Notes: generated by a model from the letters alone, not told the origin. A stretch of 64,000 bases of DNA from an uncultured Gemmatimonadales bacterium (GCA_963846435.1 CAWJVX010000007.1:393325-457324), one strand, 5' to 3'. Shown: positions 8,158-17,708, numbered from the stretch's first letter. Program-made: numbers and translations.

Positions 8158-9245
8158 CCGGGAGGGCAGATGGACAGCGGGGCAGCGGGGCAGCGGTTGT
8201 GAATCCTGAGCCGATCGATCTGCTAGTCGTAGGTGCCGGACCCTGCGGGCTCGCGGTGGGTATCGCCGCGAAGCAGGCGGGGCTCTCCTGCGTGCTCCTC
8301 GACCGCCGTACGGTCGTGTCCACCATCGAGCGCTACCCACTGGCCATGACATTCTTCTCCACCCCGGAGCGGATCGAGATCGGCGGGGTGCCGTTCATTG
8401 CCAGCCACGAGAAGCCTACCCGGCAGGATGGCCTTATCTACTATCGCCGGGTGGCGGAGCACTATGGGCTCGACATCCGTCCGGGAGAGGACGTGGTTGA
8501 TGTTACCCGAGAGCCGGACGGGTCCTTTCGCGTCCAGGTAGCCCGGCGCCACGACGGCAAGTCCTACCGCACTTCGGCAATCGTCTTTGCCACCGGCTAC
8601 TACGATAACCCGAATTACCTCCGGGTACCCGGCGAAGACCTTCCCCATGTGACCCACTACTTCGTGGAAGGCCATCCCTACTGGCATCAGCGCGTGATCG
8701 TCATCGGAGCGGGCAACAGCAGCGTGGACGCCGCGCTGGAGTGCTGGCGCGCCGGGGCTACGGTGACGCTGGTCCATTTCGGCGAAGGGTTCGACCGCAC
8801 GGTAAAGGCCTGGGTCCTACCGGACATCGTCAACCGGGTGAAGGAGGGAAGCATCGCGGTACGATGGCGGTCGCGGGTACGGGCGGTTACTCCGACTCAC
8901 GTCGAAGTGATGTCGGGCGCGTCCGGGGCGGTGGAGATGATCCCGGCCGAGGCCGTGCTTGCCATGACCGGGTACCATGCCGATACCGCGCTACTGCTCC
9001 GGCTCGGCGTGCCGGTCGATTCCGCAACCGGCGTCCCGGCCCACGACGAGGCGACCATGGCGACGCCGATACCCGGGTGCTATTTGGCCGGAGTCATTGC
9101 GAGCGGAAATGATGCAAACCGGTTGTTCATCGAGAATGCCCGCGGTCATGGTGAGCTGATCGTGCGGCACCTGCTGCATGCGCGCGCCGGCGTTACCCCG
9201 GAGCCTTCGCAATCCGCTGGTCCCACTGTCGCATCATCGCGATGA
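8154..9245 (+). CDS. ypdA: YpdA-family putative bacillithiol disulfide reductase (FAD/NAD(P)-binding)
   Basis: GAGPCGLAVGIAA dinucleotide fold; TFFSTPERIEIGGVPFI, ATGYYDNPNYLRVPGEDLPHV.HYF.EGHPY, GAGNSSVDAALE, AMTGYH and AGVIASGNDANRLFIENARGHG align closely with my recollection of B. subtilis YpdA. ATGA overlap with the purA stop. Confidence 0.8.
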   Translation: MTGRADGQRGSGAAVVNPEPIDLLVVGAGPCGLAVGIAAKQAGLSCVLLDRRTVVSTIERYPLAMTFFSTPERIEIGGVPFIASHEKPTRQDGLIYYRRVAEHYGLDIRPGEDVVDVTREPDGSFRVQVARRHDGKSYRTSAIVFATGYYDNPNYLRVPGEDLPHVTHYFVEGHPYWHQRVIVIGAGNSSVDAALECWRAGATVTLVHFGEGFDRTVKAWVLPDIVNRVKEGSIAVRWRSRVRAVTPTHVEVMSGASGAVEMIPAEAVLAMTGYHADTALLLRLGVPVDSATGVPAHDEATMATPIPGCYLAGVIASGNDANRLFIENARGHGELIVRHLLHARAGVTPEPSQSAGPTVASSR

Positions 9246-10344
9246 ATGCCTGCGCGATGGCTGGATCAAACTCAACGCCGGCGCGGTCATGGATGTAAGC
9301 CAGGGCGCGCTCGGATTCCCAGGCCTCGCGATAGGGACGGTTGGTGCGTAGCGCGTCGTACACATCGCAGACGTGCACCAGCATGCTGGCGTACTGGGCG
9401 CCCCGGGCGTCGCGCAGGGCAGGGTAGCCTCCCCCGTCCAACATCACGTGGTGCTCGTACGCCACCACGGCGGCAAGCTCCATGGGCTCAGGGCTGGCCA
9501 GGAGCATTCGGGCACCAACAATGGGATGCTCCCGGATGACCAGCCGTTCGGAGTCGGTGAGCTTGCCCGGTTTCACCAGAATCTCGCGCGGGATGCAGGT
9601 CTTGCCGAGATCGTGCAGCAGCCCGGCTACCCCGAGGGCCCGGACTGTCGCCCCTCCCAGCTCCAGATATTCTCCTAAGGCCATGGCGAGCACGGACACG
9701 TTCATCGAATGGGTAGTGGTGTACTGGTCGAATTCCTTGAGCTGAAGCAGCGGCAACACCATGGCCTGTTCCGCGTGCATCGCGATGGACAGCGACCGTA
9801 CCACAGCGTCCGCCTCGACCATGGGGATCTTGGCGCCATTTTGAATCTCCTGATGCACCCAGTCCATCGTGTCCCGTTCCTCCCGCAGGGAGTAGGTCAG
9901 TGTCGCCACCGGCATGGCCGGCTCGAGCACCATGACCGGACTTAGCCCCAGCGTAACCTGCCCGTAGCGGATTGACGACTCACCCATCTGCCAGATGTCG
10001 GCGCTCGACCCCGGTCGGATGCCCAGCCGGATTGCGAGGTGAGAGAGGAACCGCGCGAATTGATCCAGCTCAACCAGGCTGAGAAACTCTATCCGCTCGA
10101 CACCCGCCTTGACGAGGCGACTGCTCCACTCCCACCCATCCAGCTCCTGGACCAGCTCGGATCCGAACAGCACCTCACCCGACAGGAACGTGAACTGAAG
10201 CTTGGGGTCGGACTCCTGGAGCTCGCGCAGCCGCTCCAGCGCTCCCTCGAGACTGCGAGCGGTCGCGGGGTGGTCGTCCCCATACAGGCTCATGGTCGAG
10301 AGAGCCTGTGACAGCGCGGTGAGAAAGCGAACCGCCACCGTCAT
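9193..10344 (-). CDS. HD-GYP domain phosphohydrolase (putative c-di-GMP phosphodiesterase)
   Basis: HD-GYP core motifs LLHDLGK, REHP and HHVMLDGGGYP. 383 aa. ATGA overlap with the upstream HEAT-repeat gene. Confidence 0.85.
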   Translation of the reverse strand: MTVAVRFLTALSQALSTMSLYGDDHPATARSLEGALERLRELQESDPKLQFTFLSGEVLFGSELVQELDGWEWSSRLVKAGVERIEFLSLVELDQFARFLSHLAIRLGIRPGSSADIWQMGESSIRYGQVTLGLSPVMVLEPAMPVATLTYSLREERDTMDWVHQEIQNGAKIPMVEADAVVRSLSIAMHAEQAMVLPLLQLKEFDQYTTTHSMNVSVLAMALGEYLELGGATVRALGVAGLLHDLGKTCIPREILVKPGKLTDSERLVIREHPIVGARMLLASPEPMELAAVVAYEHHVMLDGGGYPALRDARGAQYASMLVHVCDVYDALRTNRPYREAWESERALAYIHDRAGVEFDPAIAQAFIAMMRQWDQRIAKAPG

Positions 10345-12455
10345 GCGGCCGCCGAGCGAGCGGCAGCGCGAATCTCCGGATCCGAATGCTGTAATGCGGA
10401 GGCCAGGACTTCGGCGGCCGTCGGGTCATGTTTCCAGTAGCTCGCCAAACCGGCCAGCACGGTGAGCAGCTCCGGGGATTTCGACGCCAACCGCCGTCCG
10501 AACCAGAACCGCCGGTGCTGGGCGTGCGCCAGCAGCACTTTCAGCGCCTCGGGTGTGCGGGTGCGAGCCAGGATTCGAAGGGTCGCCAGCCTGACTTCCG
10601 TGGGGCGCCGCGTGTCCATCGCGATTCGCTCCACCAGGGGAATCGCGTCCGGGGGGCACGACTCGAGAGCCGCCCTGAGGGCCAGGCCGACGATGGCGTC
10701 ATCCTCGTCCCGAAGACCGAGGGACACTCCCTCCGCGACGTGAGTTCGCGACTCGAGCAACAGCTTGATCCCCTCGCGCCTGATTCTGGGGTCGGCGTGG
10801 GCAGCGTAGCTCAGCGGTGAGAAGCCCTCCGGCCATCTGCCGAGGCGGCCGATCAGGACCAGGATATTGCGTTGCAGGTACCAGGGGGCGTCGATCAGCC
10901 GGGCAACCGCCACCTCGCCGATTCGGGGGCCAAGGGCCAGGAGCTGCTTCATGATAGCGGCCCGGGTGGAACGATCATCGGTGCGGCCGAGGTGATCGAG
11001 TAGCGAGTTGGCGGCGCCTACGCCGAGGCGGCCGACCAGAATTTCGATGACTGTCTGATCCGGCGACGCGAGTGCCAGCTCTGCCTCCAACCGCTGAGGG
11101 CTGGCTATGTGGCGCCACAGTGCCTCCGCCGACTCGGTGTGGGGTGCGGCTTTCAGCTGAGCGACAAGGAGGGCGAGCTGGCGCCGGTTCAGCAGCGCCT
11201 CCGCCGCCGCGTATACCGAGGGCCCAACGCAGTCCAGCTCCAGCGCCATCTTGATGATGATCTCGGGCTCGCAGCCGCTCTGGGCCTCTTCGGAGGAATC
11301 CGGGGCCCTCCGAACCATCCCTTCCAGGATTGCCGTATAGGACTCCGGGTTGGGATCTTCCAGCTCCCAATCGCCGATCAGTCGCGCGACGTTGTTGCGC
11401 AGGGCGCCCTCGGCCTCAGTCCGGGTTCTGGGCGGTCCACCCTCGGCGTGTTGGGCCAGCTTGTGGAGCAGGTTGAGGAGGTTGTGCGAGATGGTCTGAT
11501 GGGAGGCTTTGGCTGCGGCCTCCAAGACCTCCATCACGGCGTCCGCGGCGAGGATCTGTGACGCGTTGAGCACGAATTGGCGTCGCTCGGCCTGATTTGC
11601 CCCGGTCTCTAGAAGCCGGCGCAAGGTGTCGGGATCCAGCGCCTCGATCAGGCCGGACAGGCGTTCGCTCAGCTGGTCATCCCCAGCTCCCTTCCGGCCG
11701 GACAACTCCTCCGCGACCCTCGACAGGTAGCCGAGCACTACCCGGTCGTAAGCCACCTCTCCCGACTTACGGCCGATGGCTTGGGCCACGACCAGGGGAT
11801 CCGCATGGACGGTTGAGGTCGTGTCGTACTCGCTGGATAGAGCGAGGCGGGCGAGCTCGACCCAGGCATCCCTGCCGTCAGCGGGTTCGTCACGGTTGAA
11901 GTCCATGGCCGCGTCGGGGTCTTGCAGCATGAACTTGTCATACCCAATCGGCCGGAGCCTGATGTGATCCCAGGGTCCCACCCGATCGAGCCGCTTGCCT
12001 ACCGGTCCGTCGCCGCGCTGGGGATCGGTGCTGAGAGCCGCCAGCACATCCTCGATCTCCACCGCCGTCGCGCCACGAGTCAGATGAACCGCTGCGATGC
12101 GATGGCGATGCAGCCGGTGCGCCAGGTCGCGGAGCAGCGCGTTCCTGGGATCGGTCGTGACCGTCTCGATCACCAGCCGGTGTCGGGCTACGCCGAGGGT
12201 TACCGACTCGCGAGTCCCGAGGAGGGCGTTCAACCGGCTGGCGAACCGCTCGGACGAGTCCCGCAAGTGCGGGTGGCCGGCCGGATACATGGAGCGCTTG
12301 TGAAGGACAATTGAGAACTCGATCAGAAAGTCGGCGAGCTCCCGGGATAGCGCCGCGACATTCTTGGGCTTGGCTTCAGGCCCTGGAGATGCCGAGGCCC
12401 CCGCTGCTTCGGAAGGCTGGTCTGTGTCTTTGGTCGGACCGGACGGTTCGCCCAT
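10341..12455 (-). CDS. large HEAT-repeat protein with N-terminal domain paralogous to the HD-GYP protein N-terminus
   Basis: C-terminal third has HEAT-like repeats (ADPRIRREGIKLL, DEDDAIVGLALRAAL, EVRLATLRILA, HSDPEIRAAARSA). ATG 12455 is preferred (AAGAGG upstream); the maximal ORF extends to GTG 12644. Confidence 0.6.
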   Translation of the reverse strand: MGEPSGPTKDTDQPSEAAGASASPGPEAKPKNVAALSRELADFLIEFSIVLHKRSMYPAGHPHLRDSSERFASRLNALLGTRESVTLGVARHRLVIETVTTDPRNALLRDLAHRLHRHRIAAVHLTRGATAVEIEDVLAALSTDPQRGDGPVGKRLDRVGPWDHIRLRPIGYDKFMLQDPDAAMDFNRDEPADGRDAWVELARLALSSEYDTTSTVHADPLVVAQAIGRKSGEVAYDRVVLGYLSRVAEELSGRKGAGDDQLSERLSGLIEALDPDTLRRLLETGANQAERRQFVLNASQILAADAVMEVLEAAAKASHQTISHNLLNLLHKLAQHAEGGPPRTRTEAEGALRNNVARLIGDWELEDPNPESYTAILEGMVRRAPDSSEEAQSGCEPEIIIKMALELDCVGPSVYAAAEALLNRRQLALLVAQLKAAPHTESAEALWRHIASPQRLEAELALASPDQTVIEILVGRLGVGAANSLLDHLGRTDDRSTRAAIMKQLLALGPRIGEVAVARLIDAPWYLQRNILVLIGRLGRWPEGFSPLSYAAHADPRIRREGIKLLLESRTHVAEGVSLGLRDEDDAIVGLALRAALESCPPDAIPLVERIAMDTRRPTEVRLATLRILARTRTPEALKVLLAHAQHRRFWFGRRLASKSPELLTVLAGLASYWKHDPTAAEVLASALQHSDPEIRAAARSAAA

Positions 12456-12703
12456 CAGCAACGCCTCTTGAAGCCGCTGGAAGGAGTACGGGGAGTCCAA
12501 AAATGGCAAATTCCGAGCCGACCATGGAACACTGGCTAATGCTCTGTGTGGTAAGAGGATAGGGCCTTCGGGCAAGACGAAGGTGCCGCTGTTCCGTGTG
12601 CTATCTCGCGGGAAATTGCTGGTTCTGCCGCGCTTCCTTGCCACCGCTGCCAGACCTATCTTCCCCCGCTGGTCTCGATCTACCCTCTTAAGCTCGGAAG
12701 CCG

Positions 12704-14044
12704 ATGGCTGACACCACGTTGATGGACAAGCTGGTCTCCCTCTGCAAGCGCCGGGGGTTTGTGTTTCAGTCCTCCGAGATCTACGGCGGGTTGGGTTCGG
12801 TGTGGGACTACGGCCCGCTAGGGGTGGAGCTCAAGAAGAACGTCAAGGACCGCTGGTGGCATGCCATGGTGCGCGGCCGGGACGACATCGAGGGCCTGGA
12901 TGCGGCGATACTCATGCACCCCAAGGTCTGGGAGGCGTCGGGCCACGTGGCGGGTTTTACCGACCCGCTGATCGATTGCCGCCAGTGCAAGAACCGGTTT
13001 CGCGCCGACGACCCTCGAATCAAGGGCACTCCCGGCCAGCCGGACGCGCAGTGCCCGGTGTGCGGCACTCGAGGCTCGCTTACCGAGCCGCGTTTGTTCA
13101 ACCTGATGTTCAAGACCTTCATGGGGCCGGTGGAAGAGTCGGCGGCGGTGGTTTACCTCCGGCCGGAGACGGCCCAGGGCATCTACGTCAACTACCTGAA
13201 CGTGCTCCAATCGTCGCGTCAGCGCATCCCGTTCGGCATCGCCCAGATCGGAAAGGCCTTCCGGAACGAGATCACCCCGGGAAACTTCATCTTCCGGACC
13301 CGCGAGTTCGAGCAGATGGAGATGCAGTTCTTCGTGCAGCCGGGAACCGATGCAGAGTGGTTCGAGCGCTGGCGCGAGTGGCGGATGGAGTGGCATCGGT
13401 CCCTGGGACTGGATCCGGCCAAACTGCAGTGGCACCAGCACGCGGGAAGCGAGCTGGCCCATTACGCCAAGGCGGCCTTCGACATCCAGTACCAGTTCCC
13501 CTTCGGCTGGCAGGAGATCGAAGGCATTCACAACCGAGGTGATTTCGATCTCGGCCGCCATCAGGAGTACTCCGGTAAGAAGCTGGAGTACTTCGACCAG
13601 GCTCGGAACGAGCGATACCTCCCCTACATCGTGGAAACCTCCGCCGGTGCCGACCGGGTGGCGCTGACGCTGCTGGTGGACGCCTATCGTGAGGAGCAGG
13701 TCGAGGGGGAGACCAGAGTTGTGTTGGGGCTGCATCCCTCCCTGGCGCCGATCAAGGCCGGAGTATTCCCCCTGGTGAAGAAGGATGGCATGCCGGAAGT
13801 TGCCACCACGCTCTACCACGACCTTCGGAAACAGTTGGCCTGTTTCTACGACGACAGCGGGGCCATCGGCCGCCGATACCGGCGCATGGACGAGGCCGGC
13901 ACTCCGTTCGGCCTGACCGTCGATGGGGATACTCTCAGCGGCGGCACCGTTACCGTCCGGCACCGGGACAGCATGCAGCAGGAGCGGGTGGGCATGGATC
14001 GGGTGGCAGAGTACCTCAAGGAGAAGCTGGGAGCTGCGAGCTAG
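12704..14044 (+). CDS. glyQS: glycine--tRNA ligase (dimeric class II type)
   Basis: [55 protein letters not shown] and anticodon-domain GRRY motifs. 446 aa. Confidence 0.95.
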   Translation: MADTTLMDKLVSLCKRRGFVFQSSEIYGGLGSVWDYGPLGVELKKNVKDRWWHAMVRGRDDIEGLDAAILMHPKVWEASGHVAGFTDPLIDCRQCKNRFRADDPRIKGTPGQPDAQCPVCGTRGSLTEPRLFNLMFKTFMGPVEESAAVVYLRPETAQGIYVNYLNVLQSSRQRIPFGIAQIGKAFRNEITPGNFIFRTREFEQMEMQFFVQPGTDAEWFERWREWRMEWHRSLGLDPAKLQWHQHAGSELAHYAKAAFDIQYQFPFGWQEIEGIHNRGDFDLGRHQEYSGKKLEYFDQARNERYLPYIVETSAGADRVALTLLVDAYREEQVEGETRVVLGLHPSLAPIKAGVFPLVKKDGMPEVATTLYHDLRKQLACFYDDSGAIGRRYRRMDEAGTPFGLTVDGDTLSGGTVTVRHRDSMQQERVGMDRVAEYLKEKLGAAS

Positions 14045-14089
14045 GCGTCACCGGCCGCTGGCTCCGAAGTCCTGGCTTACACGACTACT

Positions 14090-14779
14090 ATGCGTCTCTC
14101 TGACTTCGAGGCCATGGTCCGCCGACTCTCGGACGAGGTGCCGGCGCATTTCTTCGAGGGCATAGCCGAGGTCGTAGTGTCCCCTCGCGCGGTGCCGCAT
14201 CCGGACCGGGAAGAGATCTACACCCTGGGTGAATGCATTCCGCTGCCGGTCGAGCTGGGGAGTGGAGTCGAAGGGCTGCAGAGCAGGATCGTACTGTACT
14301 ACGGGTCGTTCGCGGCCCTCGCCGGCCTGCAGGACGATTTCGACTGGCGGCTGGAGGCGTGGGACACGCTCACCCATGAGCTGCGTCATCATCTCGAGTG
14401 GAGGGCCCGGGCACCCGATCTGGAAGACTTCGATTGGGCCGTGGAGCACAACTTTGCCCGCCACGACCGGGAATCGTTCGACCCCACCTTCTTTCTCAGC
14501 GGCGAGCGCCAGCCGGACGGAAACTATTGGGTCGAGGACGACGTCTTCATCGACCAGATCGTGAGCTCCGTTCCACCGGCCGTGAGCTTCGTCTGGCAGG
14601 GCCGAAGCTATCGAGTGGCGCCCCCCGACGACGCGGCACTGCCATGCTTCCTGACTATCGACGGTGTCGCCGATCCGCCTCCGGGCGACCTGATCGTTGT
14701 ACTGCGGAGAAAGCCGGGGGTCCGCGATCTGTTCGGCCAGCCGGGAGTGTTTCAGGCCAGCGTGCAGGCCACCAGCTAG
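14090..14779 (+). CDS. zincin-like metallopeptidase family protein (DUF1025-like) with C-terminal extension
   Basis: HExxH motif in THELRHHLEW. N-terminal about 125 aa resemble small possible-metallopeptidase proteins. 229 aa. Confidence 0.5.
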   Translation: MRLSDFEAMVRRLSDEVPAHFFEGIAEVVVSPRAVPHPDREEIYTLGECIPLPVELGSGVEGLQSRIVLYYGSFAALAGLQDDFDWRLEAWDTLTHELRHHLEWRARAPDLEDFDWAVEHNFARHDRESFDPTFFLSGERQPDGNYWVEDDVFIDQIVSSVPPAVSFVWQGRSYRVAPPDDAALPCFLTIDGVADPPPGDLIVVLRRKPGVRDLFGQPGVFQASVQATS

Positions 14780-14832
14780 GCGGGTATCTTCCCGGCGATG
14801 ACGAGAAACGACCAAGCCAAGGAACTGTCAAG

Positions 14833-15954
14833 ATGAGACGTAGTCTGGCCCTGCTGGGGCTGGTGCTGGCGAGTGTAGCTCAGGCGCAGACCGGCGATCC
14901 CGGATATCGCATCGGGGTGGTGAGCGAGTCCGGCGACGTGGCCACCTGGCTCAAGCCGGCGGGCACCGGCCTTTCCGTCGATCGGGTCGTACCGATCGGC
15001 ATCATGCCGACCGATATCGACGGCCCGCACAACATCACCGTGTCGCCGGATCGGAAGAGTTATTACATCACCGTGGCGCACGGCACGCCTTTCGGCTCCC
15101 TGTGGAAAATGGATGCGGCGGGCGACTCGCTCCTGGGCCGGGCTCAGGTGGAGCTGTTTCCCACCACCATCACGCTGACACCCGACGGCCAGTTCGCGTT
15201 CGTGGCCAACTCCGATTTCCACGGCGATCACCCCCGGGTGAATGTGATCTCCGTGGTACACACGCCGACCATGAACAGGATCACCGACATTCCGGCCTGC
15301 GACATGCCCCACGGAGTGAAGGCAAACCACGCGGGCACCCGGGTCTACGTCTCCTGCATGCACAGCGACGAGATTCTCCAGCTCGATGTGGCGACTTTTC
15401 GGATCGCACGGAGAGCCCGGACCGGCGAGGGCCACGCGATGGCGATGACCGGACCGTCGAACCATGGTCCTGCCGCGCCGCTGGTAGGAGGAATGGCGAA
15501 GGAATGCTCTCCGACCTTCGTCTCGGTCTCGCCCGATGACAAACGACTCTACGTCGCCTGCAATTACGGCAACACGCTGCAGATCTGGGATGCGGCGACG
15601 CTCACCCAGATCAAGGAGATCCCGGTGGGCAAGGGAGCCTATAACGTGGAGCCCTCTCCTGACGGCAAGCTGGTCCTGGTCACGAACAAGAAGGAGCAAA
15701 GCGTGAGCCTGGTCGATGCCGTCAAGCTGACGGAAGTGGCCCGAATTCCCACCAGCAAGAAAATCGTGCACGGAATCGCCTACTCGCCCGACGGGCGCCT
15801 GGCCTACGTTTCCTCCGAGTCCATCGGTGCCGACCCCGGAGCTGTGGATGTGATCGATCTCTCCCAGCGGAAGGTGGTGGGTAGCGTGTCCATTCCCGGG
15901 CAGCCCACGGGCATCACTATTCTCTCAACGCCGTCCCCCACGGCCAGGCGCTGA
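14833..15954 (+). CDS. secreted YVTN-type beta-propeller repeat protein
   Basis: ATG 14833 gives signal peptide MRRSLALLGLVLASVAQAQ. Recurrent blade motifs: TVSPDRKSYYIT, TLTPDGQFAFVAN, SVSPDDKRLYVAC, EPSPDGKLVLVTN, AYSPDGRLAYVSS. Confidence 0.7.
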   Translation: MRRSLALLGLVLASVAQAQTGDPGYRIGVVSESGDVATWLKPAGTGLSVDRVVPIGIMPTDIDGPHNITVSPDRKSYYITVAHGTPFGSLWKMDAAGDSLLGRAQVELFPTTITLTPDGQFAFVANSDFHGDHPRVNVISVVHTPTMNRITDIPACDMPHGVKANHAGTRVYVSCMHSDEILQLDVATFRIARRARTGEGHAMAMTGPSNHGPAAPLVGGMAKECSPTFVSVSPDDKRLYVACNYGNTLQIWDAATLTQIKEIPVGKGAYNVEPSPDGKLVLVTNKKEQSVSLVDAVKLTEVARIPTSKKIVHGIAYSPDGRLAYVSSESIGADPGAVDVIDLSQRKVVGSVSIPGQPTGITILSTPSPTARR

Positions 15955-15958
15955 TACC

Positions 15959-16231
15959 ATGGTCTACGAAGCGGTGACCACACTGGACGGGCCCGAGGTG
16001 ATCCACCGGGCCAAGCGCTTCTTTGCCGAGCGGGTGCCGCTCAACGCCGCGTACCCGGAAAAGGAAGGGCCGAATTTCGTCACTCTCCGGGGGCAGGGAG
16101 GCGAGGAGATCGCGCTGGCGGTATGGCCCGACCCGCGGGGCACCCGGGTGCGAGTGTCGACCCTGCTCTTCGATCAGGTCGTGGACCGGTTTCTCTCGAC
16201 CTTGCCGCTTCCGGCCGAGCACGTCGCGTGA
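15959..16231 (+). CDS. hypothetical small protein (90 aa)
   Basis: ORF begins 4 nt after the previous stop. Balanced, non-Arg/Pro-rich composition. Its stop overlaps the next ORF's GTG (GTGA). Confidence 0.45.
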   Translation: MVYEAVTTLDGPEVIHRAKRFFAERVPLNAAYPEKEGPNFVTLRGQGGEEIALAVWPDPRGTRVRVSTLLFDQVVDRFLSTLPLPAEHVA

Positions 16232-16488
16232 GCGGCGCGCTGGCGGTGCGGGTGATGGTGGAGGATGCCTGGGACGAGGTCTTTCTCGAGCTCCCCGACG
16301 GCACTCCCCTGTCGGAGCTCAAACGCCAGGCGCTCGAGCTCACCCATGTGAGTCGCAATCCTGCAGATTACCTGCTCAAGTACCGGGGTGCGGCGCTGGG
16401 AGACGAGTCCCGCTCCATGGCAGAGGCAGGTCTGGTGCAGAACGGAGCGCTCATCGTACTGTCCCGGCGGCGCAGGCCAGTGCGGTAG
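16228..16488 (+). CDS. hypothetical small protein, possible ubiquitin-like beta-grasp fold (86 aa; alternative ATG 16255)
   Basis: GTG 16228 overlaps the upstream stop. Pattern VFLELPDGTPLSELKRQAL...YLLKYRGAALGD...GLVQNGALIVL resembles a beta-grasp layout. No C-terminal GG. Confidence 0.4.
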   Translation: MSGALAVRVMVEDAWDEVFLELPDGTPLSELKRQALELTHVSRNPADYLLKYRGAALGDESRSMAEAGLVQNGALIVLSRRRRPVR

Positions 16489-16494
16489 CAGGCG

Positions 16495-16767
16495 GTGCGG
16501 GTTACTCCGGTGGTGAGCCGCACGCTGACTGTCATAGCCGCCGCAGTGCTCGCATTCGACGGGGCTGCACTCGCCGTCCTGGGGTACCTGACCCGGCGAA
16601 TGGTCCTGGTACCGGTGGGCCTGGCCTTCCTCGTCGCGTCCGGTCTGATCCTGCTCTACTGGCGCTGGTACCGCCGCCGGCTGGACGACATCCTGGCCAC
16701 GCGTCGCGAGCTGAGTGAGGAGGCCCGTGCGCTTCGAGAAATCATAAGCGGAAAAGAAAAAGGATGA
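16495..16767 (+). CDS. hypothetical two-TM membrane protein (90 aa)
   Basis: GTG start 6 nt after the previous stop. Two hydrophobic helices (LTVIAAAVLAFDGAALAVLGYL, VLVPVGLAFLVASGLILLYW), then a charged helix. Confidence 0.45.
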   Translation: MRVTPVVSRTLTVIAAAVLAFDGAALAVLGYLTRRMVLVPVGLAFLVASGLILLYWRWYRRRLDDILATRRELSEEARALREIISGKEKG

Positions 16768-16803
16768 GGTGCGCCTCTCAGTTCTCACTTCTCACTTTCC
16801 AGC

Positions 16804-17700
16804 ATGCCAATCCCGGTCTTCACCCATCCCAGCTGTCTTCAGCACGATCCAGGCTCCGGCCATCCTGAGACCCCAGCCCGGCTGCGTGTCGTCCTCGACC
16901 GGCTGAAGCGCGAGCCGAGGATGGACGTTCGGGAGGCCCCGTCCGCCTCGCGTGAGCCGCTGTTGGCGGTGCACCCCGAGCCGTATCTGGCCGGCCTCGA
17001 GGCCATGAGCGCGCGGGGCGGGGGAGCGCTCTTTCTGGACACGTCTCTCAGTCGCGACAGCTGGGCCGCGGTGCTTGGCGGCACCGGGGCGGTGCTCGCC
17101 GCGGTCGAGCACGCGCTCGGTGGACGGGGGCATGCATTCGCCGCGATCCGGCCACCGGGCCATCATGCCCTCGCCGCCAAGGGAATGGGGTTCTGCCTGG
17201 TCAATAACGTCGTCGTGGCCGCTCGCCACGCGCAGGCCGCCGGGCGGCAGCGAGTGCTGATCATCGACTGGGATGTGCACCACGGCAACGGAACCCAGGC
17301 GCTGGTGGAAACCGATCCGACGATACGCTACGTGTCACTGCACCAGTACCCGTGGTACCCTGGAACCGGCGCCGCCGACGAGCGGGGGGTGGGAAACGTG
17401 TTCAACGTGCCGCGGGGACCGGGCAAGCCGCCCGCACTCTACGTGGGGGATCTCTGGGCCGCCATCGTGGCCGCAACGACCGACTGGACCCCGGATCTCG
17501 TGCTGGTATCGGCCGGCTTCGATGCCATGGCGGGCGACCCGCTCGGTGGGTTCACGCTCGAGCCGGAGCATTATGCCGATCTGACCATCCGACTGCGCCA
17601 CCAGCTGCCGGCGACCTCCATCGTGGGGATGCTCGAGGGCGGCTACCGGCCCGATCGCCTGGCCGAAGGGGTGCTGGCTCACCTCCACGCACTGGAGTGA
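16804..17700 (+). CDS. histone deacetylase-family (AcuC/acetylpolyamine amidohydrolase-like) protein
   Basis: RPPGHHA, GFCLVNN, IIDWDVHHGNGTQ, SAGFDA and LEGGY motifs. 298 aa. Confidence 0.9.
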   Translation: MPIPVFTHPSCLQHDPGSGHPETPARLRVVLDRLKREPRMDVREAPSASREPLLAVHPEPYLAGLEAMSARGGGALFLDTSLSRDSWAAVLGGTGAVLAAVEHALGGRGHAFAAIRPPGHHALAAKGMGFCLVNNVVVAARHAQAAGRQRVLIIDWDVHHGNGTQALVETDPTIRYVSLHQYPWYPGTGAADERGVGNVFNVPRGPGKPPALYVGDLWAAIVAATTDWTPDLVLVSAGFDAMAGDPLGGFTLEPEHYADLTIRLRHQLPATSIVGMLEGGYRPDRLAEGVLAHLHALE

Positions 17701-17708
17701 TCGGCCTG

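Noticed and set aside
16768-16803. TTCTCAC TTCTCAC heptamer duplication after the 2-TM ORF, considered as another periodic-arm palindrome
   Set aside because: I could not draw a convincing complementary arm in the upstream GGAAAAGAAAAAGGATGAGG segment. There are too many mismatches even allowing G-U pairs.
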